Virus record (IMG/VR): IMGVR_UViG_3300036845_000436
Location: 1-41,346 of that record
Source of the DNA: a virus
Taxonomy: Duplodnaviria > Caudoviricetes
Reading direction: 5' to 3' (one strand)
Length of the DNA stretch: 41,346 nt
Part shown: one piece after another, positions 7,113 to 16,608 of the stretch
Layout: every line of letters starts with the position of its first letter
How positions within the stretch are numbered: the stretch's first letter is position 1
Notes under the pieces: generated by a model
Told to the model about the DNA's origin: nothing
The model's database searches: none
What the model saw: only the letters and a program-made list of their open reading frames with translations
Position numbers and translations under genes: made by a program

Positions 7113-8436
7113 GTTTTTTGGGTTCCTCGTTCAATGGTTCGTCGTTCACTGTTACTACTTCCCCATCTTCAAGATAGATTCCGATCTTCCCTGTAGTGCT
7201 AACGGATTCCAGCCAAATTTGGAAATCTTCCGCTTTGGCCATCTCCGCTATCAGTTCCAAACTCTTGTCGTCCAGCAGTGATCCGTCTTTGATCCGCATG
7301 ATCCGGAGTTTCGGGTTAATCGCCATGCCAATAGCTACGCTGGTTTTCATCTGCTCGGCGTGGCTCGACTGGTCAAAGGGTAGGCCGTTATAAATCACCT
7401 CGCGTTTGCCGGTATCGAATCCCAGTCCCTCGATTGGATACTTAGCGAGTGCCAGGGCTTCATCCTTCTGCCTCTGGCCGCGCTCTACAGCCTCGTCCAG
7501 CCTCTTCCACTCCTCTTGCTTGGCTTCGGCCTCGGCTTCGATTTTGGCGCGCGTGGCGGCTCTGTCGATCGCTGCGTTAATCGTCCGCGCGTTGTTGATC
7601 CGCTCGGCTATCTCGGCGGAATCCTTTGGGCTGTCCAATGGTTCCCATGAGCGGATTGTCGCGTCCATCTTCGCGGCTTCTCCTACTGCTTCACGGTTCG
7701 CCTTTTCCAGCCGTTCGATATCGGCCTTCATTGCGTCGATGCGTTCCTGTCGCTCCTCGATATTGCGGTCCACCTGCGTTCGTTCGTGTTCGTAGTTCCC
7801 GCGCTCGCGCTTCTCGCGCTCGATGGCGGCGTTAAACTCGCCGGCCTGTTGGAGCTCGGTGATGAGTGCGGCTTCGTCGTACTTCTCTTTGGGGAGGTCG
7901 GCGGGTACGTGGATCGCATCGCGGCGGGTGTAAAGGGCATCGCGCTCCTTCTTCGCTACGGTGCGCGCGTCATAGTCGGCCTTCGCCTGTACCTCGATGG
8001 CGTCAAGGTCGACGTCGGGCATGGCGATATGAGAGAGGGCGTCGAACTGGGCCTTCGGTGTCATCAGAATAAAGTCCAGCGGATCGAAGCTGATCGCTCC
8101 CATGAGGCTGCGTAACACCTCATCGGGATCCTTCCACACCTTGCCGTCCTTGCCTTCGATGGTGAGATAGCCGGCGCGCTTCGGGCTTCCCTCGGTGATC
8201 CTGCGGGTGACAACAATCTCCCCCAGGTCCACTTTGATAAAGGCTTTGCCGGATCCTTTGCGAACCGGGAAGTTCGGGACCGTCTTGGTCCCCATCAAGG
8301 CGTATTCGATGGAATCCAGAACGGAAGACTTGCCGGCTCCGTTGCCTCCTGAGAGTCGGACCATAAATTTGTTCGGAGTTATGTCGACGGTCTTTAACCG
8401 CTTAATGTTCTCTGCTGTAAAACGAATGATTCTCAA
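7066..8436 (-). CDS. SMC/Rad50-like coiled-coil ATPase
   Basis: ENIKR, Walker A GGNGAGKSS, long coiled coil, degenerate signature SSHAEQ, IKDGSLLD. Confidence 0.85.
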   Translation of the reverse strand: MRIIRFTAENIKRLKTVDITPNKFMVRLSGGNGAGKSSVLDSIEYALMGTKTVPNFPVRKGSGKAFIKVDLGEIVVTRRITEGSPKRAGYLTIEGKDGKVWKDPDEVLRSLMGAISFDPLDFILMTPKAQFDALSHIAMPDVDLDAIEVQAKADYDARTVAKKERDALYTRRDAIHVPADLPKEKYDEAALITELQQAGEFNAAIEREKRERGNYEHERTQVDRNIEERQERIDAMKADIERLEKANREAVGEAAKMDATIRSWEPLDSPKDSAEIAERINNARTINAAIDRAATRAKIEAEAEAKQEEWKRLDEAVERGQRQKDEALALAKYPIEGLGFDTGKREVIYNGLPFDQSSHAEQMKTSVAIGMAINPKLRIMRIKDGSLLDDKSLELIAEMAKAEDFQIWLESVSTTGKIGIYLEDGEVVTVNDEPLNEEPKKHAAKKRTKVEAKPIR

Positions 8437-8819
8437 TTGGTCGCTCTCTCTTCTGATATTTTGGCAAGCTCTATTTCTAAGCTGCGAATGGATTTTTTGA
8501 GACTGGCGGTGATGCTTTCGAGCGGGGCTAAAGTGGTCCTCATCTCGCTCAACCTCTGCTGTAGCGTCTCGACTGTTTTATGTGGCGGGTTGTGAACCTG
8601 AACGGTATAGGACACGCCGGATTCGTTGAAGTAGGCGATTGCGAGATTAGGGTTTTTCCCCATCACGGCTATCTGCTCGACATAGGCGGGGTCCGGCGCA
8701 TCCATTCCGTTCTCCCAATTCGAGATGGCAGACTGACTAACGCCTAGCACCTCTCCAAAATCTTGCTGATTGAGTTTCAGGGACTTTCTGGCTGCTCGTA
8801 TCTCCGCTCCGATGTTCAA
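8433..8819 (-). CDS. XRE-family HTH regulator
   Basis: IRAARKSLKLNQQDFGEVLGVSQSAISNWENG...P. Confidence 0.88.
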   Translation of the reverse strand: MNIGAEIRAARKSLKLNQQDFGEVLGVSQSAISNWENGMDAPDPAYVEQIAVMGKNPNLAIAYFNESGVSYTVQVHNPPHKTVETLQQRLSEMRTTLAPLESITASLKKSIRSLEIELAKISEERATN

Positions 8820-9031
8820 CTCTTTTTACCTGCTTTCTTTTGGGTGGGGTTGGTTGGGTAGCTGCGGCCTGGGAGTGGGAGGTTCGGCTGGTGGACGTCG
8901 TATTGCTCTAGCACCATCTCGATTCCTTCGTTCATGATCGAGTTGCGGCTACGCCTTAGCTTTTCCGCCCATTGATCCAGTCGGCTTATGTTGGATTCGC
9001 TGGTGTGTACTGCGATGGTTTTGGTCGGCAT
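8816..9031 (-). CDS. CopG/Arc-like ribbon-helix-helix regulator
   Basis: TIAVH...LDQWAEKLRRSRNSIMNEGIE. Confidence 0.75.
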   Translation of the reverse strand: MPTKTIAVHTSESNISRLDQWAEKLRRSRNSIMNEGIEMVLEQYDVHQPNLPLPGRSYPTNPTQKKAGKKS

Positions 9032-9037
9032 TGCTCA

Positions 9038-9067
9038 ATGCTACTCATAGCGAGTCGCCGGCGTCAA
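9038..9067 (-). promoter_or_regulatory. Promoter of the RHH-XRE-SMC operon, predicted leaderless
   Basis: TTGACG (9067-9062), 18 nt, TAGCAT (9043-9038); +1 predicted at the ATG at 9031. Confidence 0.6.
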
Positions 9068-9071
9068 GCGC

Positions 9072-9105
9072 AAAAAAGGCCGGGGGTGCCTTGCTTCCCC
9101 GGCCT
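9072..9105 (-). terminator. Rho-independent terminator of the virion operon
   Basis: AGGCCGGGG/CCCCGGCCT stem followed by a T6 tract on the - strand. Confidence 0.8.
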
Positions 9106-9168
9106 AATAAAAACATCCCTATCGGGGGAGTTTTTCTTTGCTTTCCCCCCAGCCCGACTATACGCTTT

Positions 9169-11664
9169 TCAGGCGTCTACGTCGGTGGTGATGATGAGCG
9201 GATCCACGTCGGCGCGGACGGCTTTTACTTCCCAGTAAAACCGCTGCGAAGCGTACTCGGAACGCACTGTAAACTTGCCGTCTTTGACCCTGGATGCTGC
9301 CAGTTTGCCGATATCGGTGTCGTCGTCCTCGAAGAGTTCGGTGAGTTGTACGGTGCGGCCTGTCTTGGCGGTGAGGGCTTCAAAGTAATCCGGTAGGGTG
9401 ATGGTGGCTAGTCCATCCTCCCCGGTCTGCCCTTCCCCGCGATAGAAGACGGCAATCTCGGGGCCTTCGAGACAAGCGTGGATGAGGTACTTGCTGCTGT
9501 CCTGCGGGTGGACAATCTTGAACGCCTTCGCTCCTGCGGAGGTGATGGTTCCAGTGCAATAAAGACTGCCGAAGCCGGGGTCGTTGTTGTATCCCCCGAT
9601 TTCAACGCCTCCGGTTGGGAAAAACCAGACGGAACCGTTGCCGCTGGTTCCAGAACCTCCCACCTGTATGTTGACAAAATTCCCAGACAATGTAAGTTGT
9701 CCGGCTGTTGTTCCAATGATGCCGGTACTCCCTATCAGCAGATTTCCTCCCCCTCCTGCGGTGATGGTTCCGGCGACGTCCATGTTCCCGGCTGCATCGA
9801 GAGCGGCTATCGGCGCGGTGGAACCGTTGAGGACTCCTCCCACGGCTGAGTTGTACCACTTGAATCCTCCCGGTGTGGCTCCGCTGCCGTTGATGAAGTC
9901 CGACTCTCCATTCCCTCCGCTGACGTTCCACGCGACATTCAAACCTTGCTTCGCGGTGAGCGAGCCGGGAATATAGCCAGCTACGCTGAGTGCTCCGGCA
10001 ATACTCAGATCACCCGCCTTGTCGAGACGCATCATTACAGGGGTCGTACCGTCTACGCTGGTGGGATTCGTCGCGTCCACCGCGTACCAGTTGAAACCTC
10101 CCGGCACGTAATTCGCGGGGAAAGCGTTGATGAAGTCCGTCTCATAAGTCTGGTTTTGGGTTGCGGTGAAGCCTAGATAGCTTCCGGCGTAGGGGATGGG
10201 GATGGGGTTCTGCGATGCGTCTAGGACGCTGATGGAGTTTTTATAGCACTCCAACCCACCTGTTACGATCAGCATCCCGTTTTTGTCCAGAATCATCTTT
10301 GCTTGGGTATTGCTGTCGAGCGCGGTGTTAACTGGTTCGATGAACCAACGAAACCCACCGTTTACCGCTCCTGCGCTGATGACGTCGATGAGGTCTGTCT
10401 CTCCTTCGGTGCCTGATAGGTTCCACGTCTGCATGGTTCCCTCGGTGGCGGGGGCGGCGGGGGGGGGGGCGACTGTCGGGGCAAAGATGAAACTTCCTGC
10501 GGTCTGTCTGAGAATCGAGGTTCCCCATGCGCTCCCGGTGGAGTTGGGGACGCCTGCCGGTGGGTACACTTGCGGCACAGCGTCAGGGGTGTTCTGGAAG
10601 GTGCGGAGGGTGGCCGGGTCGATGGAGTCTGTCTCCCATGCGGTTCCGGTGGAGACGCCGATGCCGGCGGGGGGCCATTCCATGCCGTCCGGTGCGTCGG
10701 GGGAGTTGGCGAAGGTGCGGACGGGTGAATTGGCGACGGTGGCGGCTCCGAAGCTGGCGGACGGGGATGCGATGGCTCCCCCAGGTTGAACGACAAGGGC
10801 GGCGGCGTTGCTTCCTCCGATGTAGGTGCCGCCGTCTCCCGCTTGGCCTTGCAGCACTATCGCTACGGGGCTTTTCATAATCAGCGGCCTTGCGGCGGGG
10901 GATGCGATGGCGGGTGTGGTGAGCGCGTCGATGGTGGCGGCGGGGGTAGTGATGTTGGGTGCGCTGAGGTCGCCGTTCGGTGCGATGACTGTCGGTGAGG
11001 CTCCGTTATAGCCGATGATGGTCTGTCCGCATCCCGGCTCTGCGTTGATTGCAACGAAGCCGGGGGTGGCTGCGGTGCCTGCTCCTGTGCCTGCTAATCC
11101 CCCCTTGAGAATGACGAGTCCACCATTCCCATTCGCGCTCCCTGCCGGGGCACTGCCTCCCTCCCCTCCCAGCAGAAATATGTCCGCGCCGTCGCCTCCG
11201 CTTTGCCCGGTGGTTCCGGTGGTTGACTGCCCATCTCCCGCCGACATCTGGAAGGTGGCGAAGCTGGTCGCGCCATCCCCTGCGGCGGGTGGCGGCGCGG
11301 CTCCTTGCAGCGTGAGGTGATTCCCGCTGAAGTCCAGAACGTTATTTCGGTAGAGGTATCCGGTTAGGTCAATCATTGGTCCATAAAAAGCGCCCGAGGC
11401 GTTGCTCCATAAGTAAAAGGCCGGGGTCGCTCCGCGCTGATCTTCGAGGACAAGGTTCGTGCTTCCCCCGGTCACGGCGGCGATGCTGTCGCTGCCCTGA
11501 TAGCCGGCGGGGATGATGACGCGGTATCCCTGGCCGTCGGCGGTGGTCTGGGCGACGCCAAAGCTAACCGCCTGCTGGATGTTTAATAGAAACCCTTTGC
11601 CCACATAGAGGTCGTTGTTGATCTGCATATTCTGGGTCGGTGCTGCCAGTGTCGAAGTGCTCAT
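9169..11664 (-). CDS. Tail fibre / receptor-binding protein with internal repeats and a C-terminal chaperone-like domain
   Basis: Gly/Thr/Ala-rich; GETDFIN...GGF.WY repeats; C-terminal FKIVHP...LIHACLEGPE..FYRG...LPDYF. Confidence 0.8.
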   Translation of the reverse strand: MSTSTLAAPTQNMQINNDLYVGKGFLLNIQQAVSFGVAQTTADGQGYRVIIPAGYQGSDSIAAVTGGSTNLVLEDQRGATPAFYLWSNASGAFYGPMIDLTGYLYRNNVLDFSGNHLTLQGAAPPPAAGDGATSFATFQMSAGDGQSTTGTTGQSGGDGADIFLLGGEGGSAPAGSANGNGGLVILKGGLAGTGAGTAATPGFVAINAEPGCGQTIIGYNGASPTVIAPNGDLSAPNITTPAATIDALTTPAIASPAARPLIMKSPVAIVLQGQAGDGGTYIGGSNAAALVVQPGGAIASPSASFGAATVANSPVRTFANSPDAPDGMEWPPAGIGVSTGTAWETDSIDPATLRTFQNTPDAVPQVYPPAGVPNSTGSAWGTSILRQTAGSFIFAPTVAPPPAAPATEGTMQTWNLSGTEGETDLIDVISAGAVNGGFRWFIEPVNTALDSNTQAKMILDKNGMLIVTGGLECYKNSISVLDASQNPIPIPYAGSYLGFTATQNQTYETDFINAFPANYVPGGFNWYAVDATNPTSVDGTTPVMMRLDKAGDLSIAGALSVAGYIPGSLTAKQGLNVAWNVSGGNGESDFINGSGATPGGFKWYNSAVGGVLNGSTAPIAALDAAGNMDVAGTITAGGGGNLLIGSTGIIGTTAGQLTLSGNFVNIQVGGSGTSGNGSVWFFPTGGVEIGGYNNDPGFGSLYCTGTITSAGAKAFKIVHPQDSSKYLIHACLEGPEIAVFYRGEGQTGEDGLATITLPDYFEALTAKTGRTVQLTELFEDDDTDIGKLAASRVKDGKFTVRSEYASQRFYWEVKAVRADVDPLIITTDVDA

Positions 11665-11674
11665 GGGTGCGCTC

Positions 11675-11983
11675 CTAGAGGTAGGTTGCGGGGATGTTGG
11701 ATATCAATTTCCCGTCCAGTGTGCCGATGAAGTTCTGCACAGTGGAAGAGTGGGGGCGCAGCGAGATAGGGGATGCGTTGAGACACGTCAGCGGCCACGC
11801 AAAGGTATTATTGCCGGCCTGATTCTGGCGGAAGATGAAGGTGTAGAGCACGCCGGGGATGATGTTCTTGACGCGCGGCGGGGTGCTCACAGAGCGGATC
11901 ATTTCGATCTGCCATACGACAGCGGCTAGGCCGTCTAATAGCATCGCGTCTTCGGAATCGAGGATGAGAAGTTTTCGGTTCAT
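11675..11983 (-). CDS. Tail-associated protein, 102 aa (MNRKLLILD...), paralogous to the C-terminus of the upstream gene
   Basis: ATGA overlap; G.LYTFI..Q...GN..F.WP motif shared. Confidence 0.7.
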   Translation of the reverse strand: MNRKLLILDSEDAMLLDGLAAVVWQIEMIRSVSTPPRVKNIIPGVLYTFIFRQNQAGNNTFAWPLTCLNASPISLRPHSSTVQNFIGTLDGKLISNIPATYL

Positions 11984-12666
11984 GGGGTGTAGTAGGTCGC
12001 TGGTCCGATGGGGAGTAAAAGGGTGGTGTCGATGGCTACGAAGGTCTGGATGGTAATTGAGTTGGGCGACTGACAGACGGGGATGGCCGGATTGCGGATC
12101 CCGCTTGGTGCGAGTCCCCCAGGCCAAAAGAAGATGTGATTCCCCACGGCATCCTGAATGATGATGAAGGTGTAAAGGTTCCCTTGAATCATGTTCTCTA
12201 CTGCTGCGCCTTCGGTGTCGCCGGCCAACGTGATTTGAAACGCGGTGTACTGATCGCCGGGGAAGACTGGGCCATTGCTCCATCCCACCACTAGAAGCTG
12301 CGAGATGATGAGCGGCGGAATGATCGGCGGCGGTTGCGACGGGTCGAAGGGCTGGGCGGTGCTGAGGTCGTAACTGCCGGATCCTAAAAACAGGTACGCA
12401 TTGACCTGGGCGACGTCGCCATTGTCGTCTGCGACGGTCACGGTGTAGTAGGTTCCCGCCGGCGCAATCTGATCGTTGCCGGCCACGGTGAAGCTGAACG
12501 TTCCGTCGACGGCGACGGGGATCTGGCTGGTGGTGATCCGCGCCACCATCGCCACTCCATGAATCACAGGGATCATGCTTCCGTATCCGCACAACATGAC
12601 CGATACAGTTCCCTTGACGGCTGCGCTATTCGCGGCGGATTCGAGTTTGCCTGTTACAGTCGCCAT
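11980..12666 (-). CDS. Tail-associated beta-rich structural protein
   Basis: GGAGG RBS; DGTFSFTVAGNDQI.P.GTYY pattern; position next to the fibre. Confidence 0.7.
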   Translation of the reverse strand: MATVTGKLESAANSAAVKGTVSVMLCGYGSMIPVIHGVAMVARITTSQIPVAVDGTFSFTVAGNDQIAPAGTYYTVTVADDNGDVAQVNAYLFLGSGSYDLSTAQPFDPSQPPPIIPPLIISQLLVVGWSNGPVFPGDQYTAFQITLAGDTEGAAVENMIQGNLYTFIIIQDAVGNHIFFWPGGLAPSGIRNPAIPVCQSPNSITIQTFVAIDTTLLLPIGPATYYTP

Positions 12667-12685
12667 CGTCTTGCCTCCATGTTGC

Positions 12686-13114
12686 TTATGCGAAAAAATC
12701 CACCTGCCCTACTTTGGCGATGCGCGGATGTTCCTCCGGATTGGCTAGGACCGTATCTAGAAACCATTGCCGGGGAGGGTTGTGGAGCTCCGCATAGTAG
12801 AGAGATTTCTGTCCCTGCTCGTTATTGACAGCCGAGTCGTCGGCGGTCCCGTGGTAAACGTCGTCGATCCTCCGCAGCAGTTCCCGAAAGTTGGAGTCGC
12901 GCGGGTCGATCACAATTTCGTCAGTCCATACGCTCTCGCGCGCCAATGCAGCGGAACGTATCACTTTCAACCAGTCGCCTCCCTGCCATCCGGCGTCGAC
13001 GCGATTTGCAATCACCTGCGCGATGGCTAACATGGGCTCTACTCCCCCCTGGTGGTAGGCCTCGATCACCACAAGGTCCACCAATTTGCCTTTGACATAG
13101 TTCTCGTAAGTCAC
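12686..13114 (-). CDS. SleB/Hydrolase_2-like cell wall hydrolase (candidate endolysin), 142 aa
   Basis: IEAYHQGGVEPMLAIAQVIANRV, SLYY, KVGQVDFF; GTG start with AAGGA RBS. Confidence 0.7.
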   Translation of the reverse strand: MTYENYVKGKLVDLVVIEAYHQGGVEPMLAIAQVIANRVDAGWQGGDWLKVIRSAALARESVWTDEIVIDPRDSNFRELLRRIDDVYHGTADDSAVNNEQGQKSLYYAELHNPPRQWFLDTVLANPEEHPRIAKVGQVDFFA

Positions 13115-13833
13115 GGGGCGTTCCTTTTCTGGCGATGGGCTAGCAGGACTTGGCGATAGAACCAACTCGCGTCGTTGTCGGTGGCGGGTCCGAAGGCTCG
13201 ATCCACTTCTTCCTCGGTGAGCACGCCGGCCAGGATGAGTTGCAGCATGGCCGTCCTCCAACCTCGGTACTTCTCGACGGTGGGGACGTTGTACTCGTTG
13301 AAACGCATGATGCTCCACTCCGGACCATAGGGATATTGCAGCGAGGTTACGCAGCGGCGGACTCTCTCTCCGTTCCTATGTACCCATGCGCTTACTCCCA
13401 CCTTCCCCTTTACCGTGTCGTCGTGAAGCCATAGCCTTCCACTGCTCACCTGCTTGAGCATCGGAACCATGAGGCCTGTCTTGTCGTCTACTCCCATCAC
13501 ATAATGCGTGGGCGCATCAATCCGCGCGTCGACGCCAGCGCGCTGCAAGAGCTCGAAGACGGCATGAGGGTGCATGATGCGGGTTAACCGCATCTCCTCA
13601 TTCTCCGGTCCCTGCCATAGCTCTTGTTTTGCCCAGCGTTGCGGTTCGGCGGACGCATACGACAGTGCATATTCCTTGTCCATCAACTCCATCTCTTCCT
13701 CGGTGATCTTGCGGTCCCTCACCTCTAGCGAAGCTAGATAAGCCTCCTGCTCGGGAGTTAGAGACAGTTCTTCGTCGTAGCTCTGGGTGGCTTCTTTGAG
13801 GTTTGATCCGATAATGCCGGCCTGTGGGCTCAT
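13111..13833 (-). CDS. Hypothetical protein, 240 aa
   Basis: AGGAG RBS; coupled overlaps. Confidence 0.75.
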   Translation of the reverse strand: MSPQAGIIGSNLKEATQSYDEELSLTPEQEAYLASLEVRDRKITEEEMELMDKEYALSYASAEPQRWAKQELWQGPENEEMRLTRIMHPHAVFELLQRAGVDARIDAPTHYVMGVDDKTGLMVPMLKQVSSGRLWLHDDTVKGKVGVSAWVHRNGERVRRCVTSLQYPYGPEWSIMRFNEYNVPTVEKYRGWRTAMLQLILAGVLTEEEVDRAFGPATDNDASWFYRQVLLAHRQKRNAP

Positions 13834-16607
13834 TGATTCGCTCCTGTGGTGCGTCCATTCTTGGTCCCCATCGCGGCTTGCTGTTCGTGCAACCTCTGGG
13901 CGTAGGCGTCCGCTTGTTCTGGCGTTTTGAATATGCCTAGATGCTGGCCGGTTTTTTTGTAATAGTCGATGGCTTCCTGATTGCTCATCACATGCGGCGG
14001 CTTGCCGTCGGCTCCGTCGCTGACAGTGGGGATTAACACTTCTCCCTTGTCTGTTCCAATGCTGATCGTTCTTACTGTGCTTTTGCTGCCGTCTGAGTTC
14101 TGTACTACCGGCCTGTCGTTCACGTTGATATTCCCCGGCTCAATAGGTCCGTCGCTGGGCTTCTTTGCTGGGACCATCTGCGAGGAGGTTCCGGCGATGA
14201 GGGCGTGAGCGAGTAAGGGGCCGGCGATGCGTGGCCCAACGTTGTTCTTCACGGCAAAGATGAACTTTCGCGCAAAGTCCGGATCGCTGGCGATGCGCTC
14301 GGTGACATAATTTTTCACGCCGGCGATGGTTCCTGTGGCGGCTGGCGCGGATATTCCCGCCATGCCTCCCAGGACGTGTCCCATGAGTAGCGCGGTCCCA
14401 CCTCCGCCGGTGGATGCTATGCCTCTTACGCCTTGATAGTGGAGGCGGATGGCGTTCGCTACGCTATCAAATAGGCCTTTGGTTTTCTGCTGCGCGACTG
14501 GATCTTGGAAGAGGGCTCCCAGTTCCTTCATATTGTCCATCGAATCGCGTCCAATGGTGCGCTCTAGGATCGGGCCTCGCTTCTGATAGAGGGCTTCGAG
14601 TCCTTTGTTGTAGCTGGGGGTGGGTTGAAAGTTGCGCTGCTGTGCCAGGGCTGGGACTCTCGCGGCTTCGTCTTTGGTTATGCCTCCCATGTGCGCCTCA
14701 ACAAAAGCACCTAGTTCGTTCATGGCTGCGCCGTCCTGATAGCCGGCCTTCTCTGTCTGCCACTCTTCGGGCGTGAACTTGGTACGGTGCTGGTCAAACA
14801 TATCCATGATCTTGTCGTTCACTTCCTGTAAATCATCGAAGCGCGCCATGCGGTCTGTGGTGGTCAGATTGGGATTGCGGATCGCTTTCGTGAGTCCTTT
14901 GGCCTGTTTGGTGAGTAAGCCAAAGCTGCCATTGGTAAGGGCGTCGGCCTTCTTGAAGAATGGGCGGTGGGAGTCCATGAGTAACTTCCCTCCGCTCTGG
15001 ATCCCATCGACGTTCTGTACTGCCTGTGAAATATCGTGAGGTTGAAAGTTGGGCTCGCTGGCGGCGAAGTCTTCATAGAGTCCGGATCGCTGCTGCGCGG
15101 CGGTGCGGTACAGGTCTTGCTGGCCGCTGGCAAAACGATCATGCCGGTCTATCTGTTCGCTAAGGTCGTCGTGTAAGTTCTGGATGGCCTGACGCTGGCG
15201 CGGCTTTAGGTCTGGGTCGTCAAGCATATCCGCGTAGCGGTTGACTGCTGCCCTGGCCTTCTCGATGCTGGTTCCGGTTCCGTCGGCGGTGAATATCATC
15301 GGTCCACCACCTCCGCGCGTGACTAATCCTTCTCCGCTGGGCGGCGGTATTTCCATATAGTTCGACGCCTTAAGGGTGGGCTCTCCGGTATAGCTGCGCT
15401 CTGGGGCTGCTACGTCGCCGGTCGCCATCTTCCGCATCTCTGCCGGGGTGGGTGTTCCTCTCGGCTCTGTGCCTGCCGGCGTGTAATTCGGATTCGGAAC
15501 CTCTCTGGTAAGTCCATAGATTCGGCTCCCCTCTTGTGAGGGCTGGTCGACTGTCTCCACGGGTGGCGTCGTCTCTATGCTTGGCGTCGCAATATCCGGC
15601 GTAACTCCGCTCGATGTGGGCGAGGCCTCGGCGGGTAACAGGCGCGAGGGGTTGGGTGGAGTCCCGCGTCCGATGGGCCGCTCGGCGTTGGATCGCGCGA
15701 GGGAACGCGCCACACCTTTGCGGCCTATATCCTGCATAACATTCTCGGCCTGTGCGCTGGTGGTGTTGGGCGCGAGTGGATCGCTGGGCTGGATGAGTTT
15801 TCCTTCGCGGTTGGTTACGAAGTCTTCGCCTCCTATCTGGCGTGGTGGCGGCGGAAGATGTTCCATCGCGTAAGTGCTGATCGCATTCCTGGCTCCGCGA
15901 TAAGCGCGTCCCGCGAGTTCTCCCCCACCTTCCAATACTCCACTCATTAGGCCTCCGGCGGCTGTGCTTTCGGCTACGTCTTTAACGTCTCCTCCGTGGG
16001 CTGCGGTCTGTGCTCCCGATAGTCCGGCGTTTTTGACTGCGTTTGTCATAATCCGCGTGAGCGTGGGGGATTTTTTGAGTGCTTCCGCGAATGGTTTTAG
16101 CTCGTTGATCTTGGTCAGCATCGACGCGCCTTTCAGGGCTTCGTCGCCGGCGGCAAATTCGATGATGTTCTCGATGGCTGCGCCGGCTTTGGCGGCGGGG
16201 GTGTCCAGTGGCCGGCTTGCAATCTGGCTTGTCTGTTGCCGTGACTGTTGCCATCCTGGGAGTCGGTCTAGGCCTGTGGCTCCTACCACTCTCATTGCGG
16301 TATCGCCGGTTTGATTCAATGCGGTTTTGAATCCTTCTGCGATATTCCCCAGTTCCCTCGTTGCAGAGTATGGCTGCTTCTTTGCTTGTGTGCGCGCGGT
16401 AACTTGCGCCAATAGTTTGTCCTGCTTATCGGGGGCAAGTTGTTGTAATGTGCTCAACTGCTGGTCGTGTGGAAGCGCAATAAATTCATCAATCGGATCG
16501 CCCTGCGGCTGCGCTGGCGCGGCGGGTGGTGTAGCTGCCGGCGGTGCTGCTGGCGGCGGCGGGGCTGCGGTCGGATCGGGCGCGCTGGGGTCGATTGCTG
16601 GGTCCAT
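13830..16607 (-). CDS. Large internal virion (ejection) protein, 925 aa
   Basis: Ala/Gly-rich helical ORF; third of three ejection-like genes in P22-like order. Confidence 0.65.
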   Translation of the reverse strand: MDPAIDPSAPDPTAAPPPPAAPPAATPPAAPAQPQGDPIDEFIALPHDQQLSTLQQLAPDKQDKLLAQVTARTQAKKQPYSATRELGNIAEGFKTALNQTGDTAMRVVGATGLDRLPGWQQSRQQTSQIASRPLDTPAAKAGAAIENIIEFAAGDEALKGASMLTKINELKPFAEALKKSPTLTRIMTNAVKNAGLSGAQTAAHGGDVKDVAESTAAGGLMSGVLEGGGELAGRAYRGARNAISTYAMEHLPPPPRQIGGEDFVTNREGKLIQPSDPLAPNTTSAQAENVMQDIGRKGVARSLARSNAERPIGRGTPPNPSRLLPAEASPTSSGVTPDIATPSIETTPPVETVDQPSQEGSRIYGLTREVPNPNYTPAGTEPRGTPTPAEMRKMATGDVAAPERSYTGEPTLKASNYMEIPPPSGEGLVTRGGGGPMIFTADGTGTSIEKARAAVNRYADMLDDPDLKPRQRQAIQNLHDDLSEQIDRHDRFASGQQDLYRTAAQQRSGLYEDFAASEPNFQPHDISQAVQNVDGIQSGGKLLMDSHRPFFKKADALTNGSFGLLTKQAKGLTKAIRNPNLTTTDRMARFDDLQEVNDKIMDMFDQHRTKFTPEEWQTEKAGYQDGAAMNELGAFVEAHMGGITKDEAARVPALAQQRNFQPTPSYNKGLEALYQKRGPILERTIGRDSMDNMKELGALFQDPVAQQKTKGLFDSVANAIRLHYQGVRGIASTGGGGTALLMGHVLGGMAGISAPAATGTIAGVKNYVTERIASDPDFARKFIFAVKNNVGPRIAGPLLAHALIAGTSSQMVPAKKPSDGPIEPGNINVNDRPVVQNSDGSKSTVRTISIGTDKGEVLIPTVSDGADGKPPHVMSNQEAIDYYKKTGQHLGIFKTPEQADAYAQRLHEQQAAMGTKNGRTTGANQ

Positions 16608-16608
16608 T

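Noticed and set aside
9169-11664. Diversity-generating retroelement acting on the tail fibre
   Set aside because: No reverse transcriptase and no template/variable repeat pair with adenine-specific mismatches seen
11984-12592. N-terminal ~200 aa of track ORF 11675..12592
   Set aside because: Off-frame overlap with the real gene 11980..12666; the true start is 11983
12672-12681. CATGGAGGCA (- strand) as another operator copy
   Set aside because: Fully explained as the GGAGG RBS of gene 11980..12666
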